Shown here piece by piece: positions 42,648 through 52,281 of a DNA stretch of 64,000 nucleotides; the first letter of the stretch is position 1; every line of letters starts with the position of its first letter. The stretch lies in NCBI GenBank assembly GCA_046733215.1, contig JBKPOS010000099.1:1545-65544 (forward strand). The letters are read 5' to 3'. The notes beneath the pieces were generated by a model, which worked only from the letters and a program-made list of their open reading frames with translations, was not told the DNA's origin and did no database searches. Position numbers and translations under genes: made by a program. Source of the stretch: Gemmatimonadota bacterium (lineage in GTDB: Bacteria > Gemmatimonadota > Gemmatimonadetes > Gemmatimonadales > GWC2-71-9).

Positions 42648-44132
42648 CTATTGGCCGTAGGTATCGATCTGCGCTTTTTGAAGCCTGCCGGAGTAGTCCA
42701 GATAGCAGACTTTCGTCTCGGAATAGAACTCGTAGACCTCCCAACCGCCTTCGCGGTGCCCGTTCCCGGTTTGCTTCACTCCGCCGAAGGGAAGGTGCGC
42801 CTCCGCGCCGATGGTGGGTGCATTGACGTATGTGATCCCGGTGTCGAGCAGCTCGAGCGCGCGCATCGCGCGGTCCACGCTTCCGGTGTAGATCGAGCTG
42901 GAGAGGCCGTATCGAACGTCATTGTTCACCGCGACGGCTTCCTCGAATGAGTCGACCGAGATGACGCTCAGCACGGGCCCGAAAATTTCTTCCTGCTCGA
43001 GCCGGCTTCCCGGCCGGACACCGGTGAAAATGGTCGGTTGATAGAACCATCCCTTGATCAACTTCCCGCCCGGCGATCGCCCGCCCGTCACCAGCTCGGC
43101 ACGCTCGCGACCAGCGATTTCGACATAACACTCGACCTTCTTGCGGGCATCCTCGTGGATGAGCGGCCCGACCTCGGTATCCGACTCGCGACCGTCGCCG
43201 AGCCGAAGGGCCTCTGCCCGCGCCGCTAAGTCGGCGATGAAGCGGTCGTGAATGCCACGGTGAAGGATCAGACGGCTGGTCGCCGTGCACCGTTGCCCGG
43301 TGGTGCCGAAGGCGCCCCAGAGGACCCCGTCGAGTGCGAGCTCGAGGTCGGCATCGTCCATCACGATCTGGGCGTTCTTGCCGCCCATCTCCAGGGAGAG
43401 GCGCTTGTGCATTCGCCCGCACGTCTCACCGATGGCTGCTCCAGTGGCCGTCGATCCGGTGAAGGAGACCACCGGGACGTCCGGGTGTTCTACCAAGGCC
43501 TTACCGGCAGTCTCTCCCCGGCCGTGGACCAACTGTATGACCTCCGGCGGCAAGCCGGCCTCGACGAGGATTTCGACTAGCGTGTGGGCGGTATGAGGAA
43601 CGTCCTCCGATGGCTTGAGAATGACTGCGTTTCCGCAGAGGAGCGCAGGAAAGACCTTCCAGGTCGGAATTGCGAGCGGAAAGTTGAAGGGCGTGATGAG
43701 ACCGACGACGCCGATCGGCCGGCGATAGCTCATCGCCCATTTACTCCGAAGCTCAGACGGCACCACGTGTCCGAAGAGTCGCCGTCCTTCAGTAGCGGCG
43801 TAGTAAGCGGTATCGATCCCCTCCTGCACGTCCCCCATCGTTTCCGTCAGCACCTTCCCCATCTCACGGGTCATCGCGTCAGCGATGGCTGCCTTCCTCT
43901 CTACCAGCAGATCGCCGACGCGTCGAAGCACATCGCCTCGGGCCGGTGCCGGCGTGCGCGACCAGATGGCAAATCCACGCTTGGCAGACGCGACGGCCTC
44001 CGCGACGTCTGCAGCATCGGAATCCGGGAAGAGGCCGATGAGGTCGTCGGGATTGGCAGGGTTCCGATTCTCGAAATAGGAACCGGAACCAGGGGGGACC
44101 CAGCGGCCGGCGATGAAGTTGGAAAAGGGCAT
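42648..44132 (-). CDS. NAD(P)-dependent aldehyde dehydrogenase
   Basis: FTGSTATGAAI, LEMGGKNAQIV (catalytic Glu) and FGTTGQRCTATSRL (catalytic Cys). Confidence 0.85.
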   Translation of the reverse strand: MPFSNFIAGRWVPPGSGSYFENRNPANPDDLIGLFPDSDAADVAEAVASAKRGFAIWSRTPAPARGDVLRRVGDLLVERKAAIADAMTREMGKVLTETMGDVQEGIDTAYYAATEGRRLFGHVVPSELRSKWAMSYRRPIGVVGLITPFNFPLAIPTWKVFPALLCGNAVILKPSEDVPHTAHTLVEILVEAGLPPEVIQLVHGRGETAGKALVEHPDVPVVSFTGSTATGAAIGETCGRMHKRLSLEMGGKNAQIVMDDADLELALDGVLWGAFGTTGQRCTATSRLILHRGIHDRFIADLAARAEALRLGDGRESDTEVGPLIHEDARKKVECYVEIAGRERAELVTGGRSPGGKLIKGWFYQPTIFTGVRPGSRLEQEEIFGPVLSVISVDSFEEAVAVNNDVRYGLSSSIYTGSVDRAMRALELLDTGITYVNAPTIGAEAHLPFGGVKQTGNGHREGGWEVYEFYSETKVCYLDYSGRLQKAQIDTYGQ

Positions 44133-44141
44133 GGGGATGTG

Positions 44142-44646
44142 AGCTATCAGCTATCAGCTATCGCAGTCCGAGGGTACTGAGCCAATAAAAGAAAGCACAA
44201 GGTTGCTGATCCTACGTGGCGACATTGGGACGAGGAGCGACTATGGGTGACTATCGAAAGCTGGAACTCTGGAACCGATCTCACCAGCTCGCATTAGCAA
44301 TCTATCGTGCCACCGCCAGCTTCCCGTTGCAGAAAAGTACGGCCTAGCAATCCAAATACGGCGAGCTGCAAGTTCTATCCCGATGAACATCGCTGGGGGA
44401 TGTGGACGGAATACGGACCCGGAGCTCTGTCGTTTCTTGAGGATCGCGCTGGGATCAGCCTCCGAGCTCGAATACCAGATATTGCGCGGTCAGGACCTCG
44501 AATACCTCGATCACCCCATGGCTGACCATTTCGTACGCGAGCTCGATGAGATCAAACGGATGCTCGCATCTCTGATACACCGACTACAGGGTCGTGGTCG
44601 ACGAATCCCGCTAGGCCACCAGTCTGATAGCTGATAGCTAATAGCT
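44142..44646. other. Cassette bounded by inverted heptamer arrays, (AGCTATC)x3 at 44142-44162 and CTGATAGCTGATAGCTAATAGCT at 44624-44646
   Basis: Read directly. The arms are complementary at 20 of 21 positions. The right arm is identical over 23 nt to 26537-26559. The interior carries the four-helix-bundle gene and an AT-richer stretch (GCCAATAAAAGAAAGCACAAGG). Mobility is an inference. Confidence 0.45.
44243..44634 (+). pseudogene. Four-helix-bundle protein gene (23S rRNA intervening-sequence protein / Avd family), interrupted by a frameshift
   Basis: ATG 44243 (GGAGG upstream) gives MGDYRKLELWNRSHQLALAIYRATASFPLQKSTA-stop. The family continues in the next frame from 44332: EKYGLAIQIRRAASSIPMNIAGGCGRNTDPELCRFLRIALGSASELEYQIL... 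(ORF 44383..44634). One base appears to be missing at the CAG-AAAAG junction (44329-44337). The stop TGA lies inside the right heptamer array. Confidence 0.7.
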
Positions 44647-44650
44647 CCCC

Positions 44651-45100
44651 TCACCCACACGTCCACCGAATCATTTGCTTCGCGTAGCCCACCCTCGGCA
44701 GCACCTCGGTCATCACCAGGCCCAGGCCCCACAGCGTCACCAGCAGGGCCACGATGTGCGCCAGAGCCCTATGGCGTCGCCAGCTGGAGACAGCGCCCCA
44801 GATTCCGGCCAGCACGACCACGACCGCCGCCGCGAGGTACGTCGCCAGGCCGATGCCGCACCCACGTCCGTACGGCCAGAAAGGCATGGCGAGCGCCAGC
44901 ACCACACCGAGCCCCACCCGCATCCAGGTCGTGAGGCCGGCTGCTTTGTGCGGCTTCGCGACGGCCGGTTGCGGAGTGGGCAGGGCCGGCGCGGCGCCCG
45001 GCTTGGCCGCCGGAACCTCCTCGGGCGGCGGCTGTTGCCGAGCCATGGCGCGGTCGATGGCCGCGAGTTCCTTGTCCCAGTCCCGCGGCTGCTCGCTCAT
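44651..45100 (-). CDS. Hypothetical membrane protein (3 predicted TM segments)
   Basis: ATGA-type overlap with the upstream activator gene. Pro/Ala-rich N-terminal region, then hydrophobic segments. I recognise no family. Confidence 0.5.
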   Translation of the reverse strand: MSEQPRDWDKELAAIDRAMARQQPPPEEVPAAKPGAAPALPTPQPAVAKPHKAAGLTTWMRVGLGVVLALAMPFWPYGRGCGIGLATYLAAAVVVVLAGIWGAVSSWRRHRALAHIVALLVTLWGLGLVMTEVLPRVGYAKQMIRWTCG

Positions 45101-46461
45101 GGCGATTCCCGGCTCAGGCCGTAGCGCTCGATCTTCTTATAAAGGTTTGATCGCGGCATCTTGAGCGACCGGGCGGTCTCGGAGACGTTCCAGTCGTGCT
45201 CGCGAAGCTTCGCCTGGAGGAATGACTTCTCGGCTTCCTGCTTGAAGCTTTCGAAAGTCTGAGCCCGACTCGCCTCGGGTGGCGGAACGGCCCCTTCCGC
45301 CCCGGGGAACAGCCGATCGATGTCGGCCGCGGTCACGATCTTTCCGGCGCCGAGAATAAGTGCCCGTTCGACCGCGTTGCGAAGTTCGCGAATGTTCCCA
45401 GGCCACGCCCGCGCCTGGAGTCTCGCGATGGCCTCGTCGGCAAACTGCTTGGCGGGAACGCCGGCGGTCTGCGCCAGCTGCAGTGTGAAATGATTCACCA
45501 AGGCGGGCACGTCCTCCAGTCGCTCCCGTAGTGGAGGAACATTGATCTCCACCACGTTGAGTCGGTAGAGCAGATCCTCCCGAAAGCGCTGCTCGTCGAT
45601 CTCGAGTCCCAGGTCCTTGTTGGTCGCCGCCAGGACTCGAACGTCTACTTGAACCGCTTTGGCGCCGCCGATGCGGGTGACGACACCTTCCTGCAGCACC
45701 CGCAGCAATTTGGCCTGGGCCGCGAGCGACATGTCGCCCACTTCATCGAGAAAAAGCGTGCCGCCATCGGCCTGCTCGAACTTCCCGGCGCGATCGGCGA
45801 ATGCCCCGGTGAACGAGCCCTTCATGTGACCGAATAGCTCACTTTCGATCAGCTCGGATGGGATGGCCGCACAGTTCACTTCGATGAACGCCTGCGCTCG
45901 TCGAGGCGACGCCTCGTGGAGCGCTCGAGCCACCAGCTCCTTACCGGTTCCGTTCTCGCCCGTGATCAGGACACGGGCGCCGGTCGGCCCGACCCGCGCC
46001 ACCAGCTCATGGACCAGTTTGAGCGCCGCGCTGTCGCCCACCATCGCGTACCGACTGGCTTGATCTTCGCGCAGCCGTTCGTTCTCGCCGACCAGGCGGG
46101 CATGCCGCAGGGCGTTGCGAACCGTCACCAACAGGCGATCGGCGTCCAGCGGTTTTTCCAGGAAGTCGAATGCACCGCGCTGGGTCGCTTCTACCGCAGT
46201 GGCGATGGTCCCGTGGCCTGAGATCATCACGACGGTGGCGGTGGGATCGAAGTCACGCAGGCGAGTCAGGGTCTCGAGCCCGTCGAGACCCGCCATCTTC
46301 ACGTCCAGAAAGACCACGTGGGGCCGATAGTCCTGATACACCGTGATGCCTTCACCGCCGGAAGAGGCGACCCGTACTTCCATCCCCTCGTAGTCGAGCA
46401 CCTGCTTGAGCGCCTGACGGATGCCGGCCTCATCGTCGACGATGAGCACACGATCGCTCAT
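45097..46461 (-). CDS. Sigma-54-dependent response regulator (NtrC family: REC + AAA+ + Fis-type HTH)
   Basis: VLIVDDE...[12 protein letters not shown] (REC). [16 protein letters not shown] (sigma-54 contact loop) and [30 protein letters not shown] (HTH). Confidence 0.9.
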   Translation of the reverse strand: MSDRVLIVDDEAGIRQALKQVLDYEGMEVRVASSGGEGITVYQDYRPHVVFLDVKMAGLDGLETLTRLRDFDPTATVVMISGHGTIATAVEATQRGAFDFLEKPLDADRLLVTVRNALRHARLVGENERLREDQASRYAMVGDSAALKLVHELVARVGPTGARVLITGENGTGKELVARALHEASPRRAQAFIEVNCAAIPSELIESELFGHMKGSFTGAFADRAGKFEQADGGTLFLDEVGDMSLAAQAKLLRVLQEGVVTRIGGAKAVQVDVRVLAATNKDLGLEIDEQRFREDLLYRLNVVEINVPPLRERLEDVPALVNHFTLQLAQTAGVPAKQFADEAIARLQARAWPGNIRELRNAVERALILGAGKIVTAADIDRLFPGAEGAVPPPEASRAQTFESFKQEAEKSFLQAKLREHDWNVSETARSLKMPRSNLYKKIERYGLSRESP

Positions 46462-47093
46462 GGAGAGCGCGCTCCAAAGAGAACGGTTCCTGTGGGTCGA
46501 ATCCTGATGTCAGTGACCCCCGGTGGAATCGCAATCGGCAGGGTTTGTTGCCCGAACGTCTTCTCGAGTAATGGCCTGATCGCGTCGACCGGCAGCGGAA
46601 CCCCAGCCAGATTGAGCTGCTCGATTCGCCATTCGCCTCGCCCGCTGCCCACGACCGTCACCGGGCCGGTCGCGCGGACCCGCTCATGAGCCTTAAGCGC
46701 CATCGCCAGCGGGCCGAGCGCGCTGCGCGGCAGGTTGGCGGTGGCCACCCGGGCGCCGACCTCGATCTGGCCGTCGAGCAGCCGTACTTGGAGGGAGTCG
46801 AGCTGGCGACGAACCGAAGGATCGAGTCCCTGACCGATCAGGGATGCGGTCTCGGCAGCACTCAGCACCACTGAGTCGGCAGAGCCACGCCGAACCGAAT
46901 CGGTCCGCGCTTTGGCATTCTCGAGGGCCCGCGGTCCGGGGCGGCCCGCGGCTGCCGGAGCTTCGACTCGATGGCCGGCCAGATGCATCGCTGCCGAGAA
47001 CACGCGGTCACGATACAACCAGGCAAGAGCGATGGCTGCCACGACGACGAGGCACCCTAATGCGCGAAACGGCGCGAGCAGGCAGCCCATCAC
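46458..47093 (-). CDS. Hypothetical N-terminally anchored protein
   Basis: A single N-terminal hydrophobic segment (LGCLVVVAAIALAWL). Translationally coupled on both sides (4-nt overlaps). I recognise no family. Confidence 0.5.
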   Translation of the reverse strand: MMGCLLAPFRALGCLVVVAAIALAWLYRDRVFSAAMHLAGHRVEAPAAAGRPGPRALENAKARTDSVRRGSADSVVLSAAETASLIGQGLDPSVRRQLDSLQVRLLDGQIEVGARVATANLPRSALGPLAMALKAHERVRATGPVTVVGSGRGEWRIEQLNLAGVPLPVDAIRPLLEKTFGQQTLPIAIPPGVTDIRIRPTGTVLFGARSP

Positions 47094-47644
47094 GCCTCGA
47101 GTGGAAGGATCAGCCTGGCCTGATAGCGAGGGCCATCCGACGTCAACACGCTTTCGTACAACACCAACTCCTCCGCCAGAAACGAGGCTCCCTCATCGCG
47201 GAGTGCATAGCGATCGATGGCACCCGGCGGCAGCCGATGACCTTCGCGGACCCGGCCAAGCGTGACGTGCGGCCGGTACGGTGCACCTTCCGGTGGAAAG
47301 CCGATCTCCTCACCGCCTCGCTCCAGGCGATCCTGCAGGAGCTCCAGCGACGCTGGTGCTTCCAACCCGATCCAGAGTACCCGCGGCCGGGCCGACGTGG
47401 GGAAAGCTCCCAGGTGCGCGAGCCTTAGCGGAATCGGGCGGGCGCCGGCCGTCGCGAAACGAACTGCTTCCTCGATGACGTCGAGCCTTTCCGGCATCAC
47501 TTCGCCGTAGAACTTTAGCGTGAGATGGATACCCTCCGCGCGCACCCACCGCACCGGCCAGTTGGACTGTCGCAGCTCATCGAGCAGAGATATGATGGCG
47601 GCCCGCCCGGGATCCCGAATCGGCAGCGCGGCGAACAACCGCAT
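47090..47644 (-). CDS. thpR: RNA 2',3'-cyclic phosphodiesterase (2H family, ThpR/LigT)
   Basis: Two HxT/S motifs: IHLTLKFYGE and PHVTLGRV. 184 aa. Confidence 0.8.
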   Translation of the reverse strand: MRLFAALPIRDPGRAAIISLLDELRQSNWPVRWVRAEGIHLTLKFYGEVMPERLDVIEEAVRFATAGARPIPLRLAHLGAFPTSARPRVLWIGLEAPASLELLQDRLERGGEEIGFPPEGAPYRPHVTLGRVREGHRLPPGAIDRYALRDEGASFLAEELVLYESVLTSDGPRYQARLILPLEA

Positions 47645-48453
47645 CAGCGGATGGGCTCGCCGGCAATGGCGAGAAGACTGCCCCGGCGATACCCTCGCGG
47701 ATCGAGCTCAACGGTGTTGAATCCCAGCGAAACGAAAAACGCCTGCAGCGCATCCCAGCTGTCGCGCAACCGCGTATGATGCTCCGCACCGACCTCGATC
47801 GAAGCGGCTGCGCCGAGATGTCTCACTCGTAGATCGCCGTCGATCCCGAGCGCCCGAAGGTGAGCCTCGGCAGCTTCCACCTGGCCGAGACGGGCCGGCG
47901 TGACAGTCAGACCGTACCGAATGCGACTGGAGAGGCACGGCGATGCCGGCGCGTCCCAGACCGGCAAACCCAGTTCCCGTGCCGCGGCGCGCACGTCAGA
48001 CTTGCGCCAGCCTAGCTCCGCCAGTGGCGAGCGGACAGCATGCTCCAGCGCAGCGCGGAGACCCGGACGATGGTCGCCGAGGTCGTCGGCATTCGTGCCG
48101 TCGATCACGACGTCGAACCCCCGGGCCTTCGCGATCTCGCCCAGCCGATTCCATAGCTCAGTCTTGCAGAAGTAGCAGCGGTCGGGTGTGTTGGCGAGGT
48201 ACTGCGGGTCGTCCAGCTCATGCGTCTCGAGCTCGAGCAGCGGCACATCGAACCGACTTGCCAGAACGACAGCCGCATCTCGCTGCGCCGCGGGATACGA
48301 ACCGCTACGGCCGATCACGGCGAGCATGCGCTCGGGGCCAAGTGCCCTTCGGGCGGCCACTGCCAGCAAGGTGGAATCCACCCCACCCGAGTAGCCCAGC
48401 ACCACCCGGCCGAGCCCGGCGAGATGCACCTCAAGCGCTGGGAGGGTCGGCAT
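47644..48453 (-). CDS. PP-loop ATPase of the LarE / TIGR00268 family
   Basis: VVLGYSGGVDSTLLA (PP-loop SGGxDS). ASPCLSSRIRYG is equivalent to the LarE active-site Cys region. No larB or larC in the window. Confidence 0.75.
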   Translation of the reverse strand: MPTLPALEVHLAGLGRVVLGYSGGVDSTLLAVAARRALGPERMLAVIGRSGSYPAAQRDAAVVLASRFDVPLLELETHELDDPQYLANTPDRCYFCKTELWNRLGEIAKARGFDVVIDGTNADDLGDHRPGLRAALEHAVRSPLAELGWRKSDVRAAARELGLPVWDAPASPCLSSRIRYGLTVTPARLGQVEAAEAHLRALGIDGDLRVRHLGAAASIEVGAEHHTRLRDSWDALQAFFVSLGFNTVELDPRGYRRGSLLAIAGEPIR

Positions 48454-48504
48454 GGCAGTAACGTAATCCGCTCAGGGCAAGGCGGAAGCGTTGGTGGCGC
48501 TGGC

Positions 48505-48960
48505 ATGAATCGCTTACCCTTGGGCATGCCACCAGAGCTATTTCTCGAGGTCAGCCCAACGTTGGGCATTCCCCTCGCCGAACTGGTATATCGAGCCTCC
48601 CGCTCGAGCGGACCTGGCGGGCAGCATGTCAACACGTCCTCGACCAGGATTGAACTGGTGTGGGATATCGCGGTATCCAACGCCGTGACCGAAGAACAAC
48701 GCGCCCGCTTACTGACGCGGCTCGCCTCTCGGCTCGATTCTACCGGCCGCCTTCGTTTAGTGTCTGGTGAGACCCGAAGCCAGCTGCGAAATCGAGAGGC
48801 CGTGACCGAGCGCCTTCGCGATGTAGTCGCTCGGGCGCTGGTAGTCCCCAAGCGTCGTAAGCGAACCCGGGTTCCGCCCGCGGAAAAGGCAGCGCGGCTC
48901 GAGGCCAAGCGCAGACGATCAGACCTCAAGCGGACCCGACGTCGGCCGCACGACGAGTAG
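48505..48960 (+). CDS. arfB: Alternative ribosome-rescue factor ArfB (peptidyl-tRNA hydrolase, YaeJ-like)
   Basis: Last 151 codons of ORF 48220..48960. SSGPGGQHVNTSSTRIEL (GGQ) and the basic tail KRRKRTRVPPAEKAARLEAKRRRSDLKRTRRRP. Confidence 0.85.
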   Translation: MNRLPLGMPPELFLEVSPTLGIPLAELVYRASRSSGPGGQHVNTSSTRIELVWDIAVSNAVTEEQRARLLTRLASRLDSTGRLRLVSGETRSQLRNREAVTERLRDVVARALVVPKRRKRTRVPPAEKAARLEAKRRRSDLKRTRRRPHDE

Positions 48961-48970
48961 GGAGGAGGTA

Positions 48971-50941
48971 ATGCTCGCGCGATCAAGACTCCTGCCGATT
49001 CCTTTCCTTCTCTCCGCGCTCTTGCCCACGAGCGTTGCGGGTCAGAGCACGGCGCGCCTAGCCGCGGCAGACTGGCCCGCCTATGGCCTCGACCCGGAAG
49101 GGTCTCGCTTCAGTCCCCTCTCCGACATCACACCGGCCAACGTCGGCAGTCTGAGAATCGCATGGCGCTATAGCACAGGCGAAGCCTCGGCAGAAACCCG
49201 TCGCCCGACGTCGCTGGAGGCAACCCCGATCGTAGTCGACGACATTCTCTTCTTCAGCACTCCGCTGGGTAAGGTGATTGCACTGAACCCCGAGACTGGT
49301 GTGGAGCGCTGGGTCTTCGACGCGAAAGTCGGACGGGATCACACGTTCGGCGACTGGACCAGTCGGGGCGTATCCGCCTGGCTGGATGCCAACGCAAAAC
49401 CCCAGGACCCTTGCCGCCGAAGGATCGTTGTTGCGACCGTCGACGCTCGGCTCATTGAGCTCGACGCGGCGACCGGCGCGTTATGTCGCCAGTTCGGCTC
49501 CAATGGGACGGTGGACCTGCGGCGCGGGCTTCGTAATGCGCCGTTCGAGCTCGAGGAATACGAAGAGACATCACCACCCGCAGTCGTCGGCAACGTCATC
49601 GTGGTAGGTTCCGGCGTCGCCGACAACAACCGCACTGACGCGGCGAGCGGAGAAGTCCGCGGCTTCGACGCTCGCAGCGGACGCTTGCTCTGGACCTGGG
49701 ATCCGGTGCCCCAGAGCTCCAGGGATCCGGCGTATCCCACCTGGCAAGGTCCCGAGGCACATCGCACCGGTGCTGCCAACGCCTGGTCCGTAATCGCAGC
49801 CGATCCTGCGCGAGATCTCGTAGTGATCCCCACCGGAAGTGCGAGCCCGGACTATTTCGGAGGCAAACGACTTGGGCAAAATCGCTATGCCAACTCGGTC
49901 GTAGCCCTCCGTGCGTCCACAGGCACGCTGATCTGGAGCTTCCAGACGGTTCACCATGATCTCTGGGACTACGACAACGCCTCACCACCGGCGCTCGTTA
50001 CGATCACGAGGAACTCGACCTCCACTCCTGCTGTGCTGCAAGCCACCAAAACCGGCATGCTGTACGTCTTGAACCGTGAAACCGGCGAGCCTCTCTGGCC
50101 GGTGGAGGAACGGCCGGTCCCGGCCAGCAATGTCCCCGGAGAACAGGCCTGGACCACGCAGCCGTTCTCGACGATTGAGCCGCTAAGTCCGCACCGGATC
50201 CCTGCCGCCTGGGGCGCGAGCGACAGCGACCGCACCGCCTGTCAGACGCGGCTCGACGGGTTACGGAACGAAGGAATCTTTACGCCACCGAGTCTCGGCG
50301 GAACGCTGGTCGTGCCCTCCAACATCGGGGGGGCCCATTGGGGCGGCCTGGTCTTCGATCCCTCGCGCCAGCTGGCAATCGTGCCGGTCAACCGGCTGGC
50401 CACGGAAGTTCGACTCATTCCCCGCGAGCAGGTGAAATCGGTCAGAGATTCGGAGAGCGGCTCCCGAGTCGAAGCCGAGTACACCGATATGCACGGCACA
50501 CCGTACGTGATGCGGCGGGAGATCGTGCGATCACCCTCGGGTCTTCCGTGCACTCCACCACCGTTCGGCGAGCTGGTAGCCGTGAGCCTGGCGACCGGTC
50601 ACGCAGTCTGGCGAGTCCCTAACGGAACGCTCCCGGCACGTTCCGACAGTGCTTCGGCTCCGCCCGCCACCTGGGGATCGCCGGGACTCGGCGGACCCAT
50701 CGCAACTGCGGGCGGACTCGTCTTCATTGCCTCCACACCCGACCGCTTTCTTCGCGCGTATGAGACGGCCACCGGACGCGAGCTATGGAAAGGCGCGCTG
50801 CCAGCCGCGGGCAAGGCGACTCCGATGACTTACCGCGCCCGACCCGGCGGACGGCAATTCGTTGTCATCGCCGCGGGAGGCTCGGGCGGATTGTGGGGCA
50901 AAGGGGATGAGCTGATCGCCTTCGCCCTCCCCCAGCAGTGA
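48971..50941 (+). CDS. Secreted PQQ-dependent (quinoprotein) dehydrogenase, glucose/quinate/shikimate-type beta-propeller
   Basis: GGAGGAGG RBS and a signal peptide. Propeller repeats ATPIVVDDILFFSTPLGKVIALNPETGVERW, GGAHWGGLVFDP and GGLVFIASTPDRFLRAYETATGRELW. No pqq biosynthesis genes in the window. Confidence 0.75.
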   Translation: MLARSRLLPIPFLLSALLPTSVAGQSTARLAAADWPAYGLDPEGSRFSPLSDITPANVGSLRIAWRYSTGEASAETRRPTSLEATPIVVDDILFFSTPLGKVIALNPETGVERWVFDAKVGRDHTFGDWTSRGVSAWLDANAKPQDPCRRRIVVATVDARLIELDAATGALCRQFGSNGTVDLRRGLRNAPFELEEYEETSPPAVVGNVIVVGSGVADNNRTDAASGEVRGFDARSGRLLWTWDPVPQSSRDPAYPTWQGPEAHRTGAANAWSVIAADPARDLVVIPTGSASPDYFGGKRLGQNRYANSVVALRASTGTLIWSFQTVHHDLWDYDNASPPALVTITRNSTSTPAVLQATKTGMLYVLNRETGEPLWPVEERPVPASNVPGEQAWTTQPFSTIEPLSPHRIPAAWGASDSDRTACQTRLDGLRNEGIFTPPSLGGTLVVPSNIGGAHWGGLVFDPSRQLAIVPVNRLATEVRLIPREQVKSVRDSESGSRVEAEYTDMHGTPYVMRREIVRSPSGLPCTPPPFGELVAVSLATGHAVWRVPNGTLPARSDSASAPPATWGSPGLGGPIATAGGLVFIASTPDRFLRAYETATGRELWKGALPAAGKATPMTYRARPGGRQFVVIAAGGSGGLWGKGDELIAFALPQQ

Positions 50942-51030
50942 GCGAAACCGCCGGCGCTCGCATCCCGTAAGAGAGCTTGCCTCGTAATTGACAGCGGTGG
51001 TCGCGAGGCTTTCCTATCTCCTAATCTCGG

Positions 51031-52197
51031 ATGCGACTCATGCCCCGCTTTACTCTCCTGTCGCTTCTCGCGTTTCTTCCCGCGACGTTGCTGGCCCAGG
51101 GCCAGGCCGAGAAAGCGGCCTTCGTTACCCGTCTCGGCAGCGACACTCTTTCCGTCGAACAGTTCTCCCGCACCAGTAGCCGCCTCGAGTCGGATGTCGC
51201 CGCACGGGTGCCGCGGGCCCGTCGCCTGCATTTTGTCGTGGCGCTCAATCCGGACCAGACCGTCTCCCGACTGCAGGTGACGGTGCAGCCCGCAGTCCCC
51301 GGCCCGGACGCTCCGGCGTTCACTGGTGACATGGTCTTCGGCAAGGACACCGTGACCATGACGATCAAGCAGCCGGACAGCACGATCACGCTGCACGTTC
51401 CGGCTCGAGCCGGTGCCATGCCGCTCAGCACCACGTCGTACGCGCTCTACGAGCAGATGTTCCTTCACTTCCAGAAAGCCGGTAAGGACAGCCTTCCCTT
51501 CTTGATCGTTCCGTTCGGCGGTAACCAGGCAACCGAGACGTCGATCGTGCGGCGAGGACCCGATACCGCCGACTACGATTTCTTCGGGTTGCCGATGCAT
51601 GCCAAGCTCGACAAGCAGGGCCGGCTACTCGCGCTCGATGGCCGGGAGAGCACCAGCAAGATACAGGTCGAACGGCTCAAGTCTGCCGATGTGGAGAAGG
51701 CGTACAAGGATTTCGCCGCCCGCGATGCATCTCAGGGCGCGATGGGGCAGCTTTCCGCCCGCGACACGGTTCGCGCCACCATCGGCAATGCTCACCTGTC
51801 GGTCGACTACGGCCGGCCTCACAAGCGGGGGCGTGAGATTTTCGGGACCGTCGTTCCATGGGGTCAGGTCTGGCGCACTGGCGCGAACGCCGCGACCGGA
51901 TTCACTACCGATGCCGATCTGGTCGTTGGATCGCAGACCATCCCGAAGGGCAGCTACACGTTGTGGAGTCTACCGACCCAGAACGGAAGCAAACTGATCA
52001 TCAACTCCCAGACCGGGCAGTGGGGAACTGATTATCATGCGGACAAGGACTTTGCCCGGCTCGATATGAAGACAGAGGCGCTGGCTCAGCCGGTTGAGGT
52101 GTTCACCATTGCGATCGATCCGCAGGGAGATCGAGCCGGCGTGCTCAAGTTGCAGTGGGACCGCACTCAGCTTTCCCTTCCCTTTAGCGTGCAGTAA
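51031..52197 (+). CDS. Secreted protein with C-terminal DUF2911 domain
   Basis: Signal peptide MRLMPRFTLLSLLAFLPATLLAQ. VDYGRPHKRGREIFGTVVPWGQVWRTGANAATGFTTD...IPKGSYTLWSLP matches DUF2911 as I remember it. Confidence 0.65.
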   Translation: MRLMPRFTLLSLLAFLPATLLAQGQAEKAAFVTRLGSDTLSVEQFSRTSSRLESDVAARVPRARRLHFVVALNPDQTVSRLQVTVQPAVPGPDAPAFTGDMVFGKDTVTMTIKQPDSTITLHVPARAGAMPLSTTSYALYEQMFLHFQKAGKDSLPFLIVPFGGNQATETSIVRRGPDTADYDFFGLPMHAKLDKQGRLLALDGRESTSKIQVERLKSADVEKAYKDFAARDASQGAMGQLSARDTVRATIGNAHLSVDYGRPHKRGREIFGTVVPWGQVWRTGANAATGFTTDADLVVGSQTIPKGSYTLWSLPTQNGSKLIINSQTGQWGTDYHADKDFARLDMKTEALAQPVEVFTIAIDPQGDRAGVLKLQWDRTQLSLPFSVQ

Positions 52198-52281
52198 CGC
52201 GCAGCCACTCGCCATTCGCCCGGTGTCAATCAGGCACCGGGCTGATGGCAGCATCCGGCTCCTTACTTCGAGGACAGGCCG

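Noticed and set aside
44243-44634. Four-helix-bundle gene considered as the Avd component of a diversity-generating retroelement
   Set aside because: No reverse transcriptase and no template/variable repeat pair occur anywhere in the window. The family also exists as stand-alone IVS-type genes.
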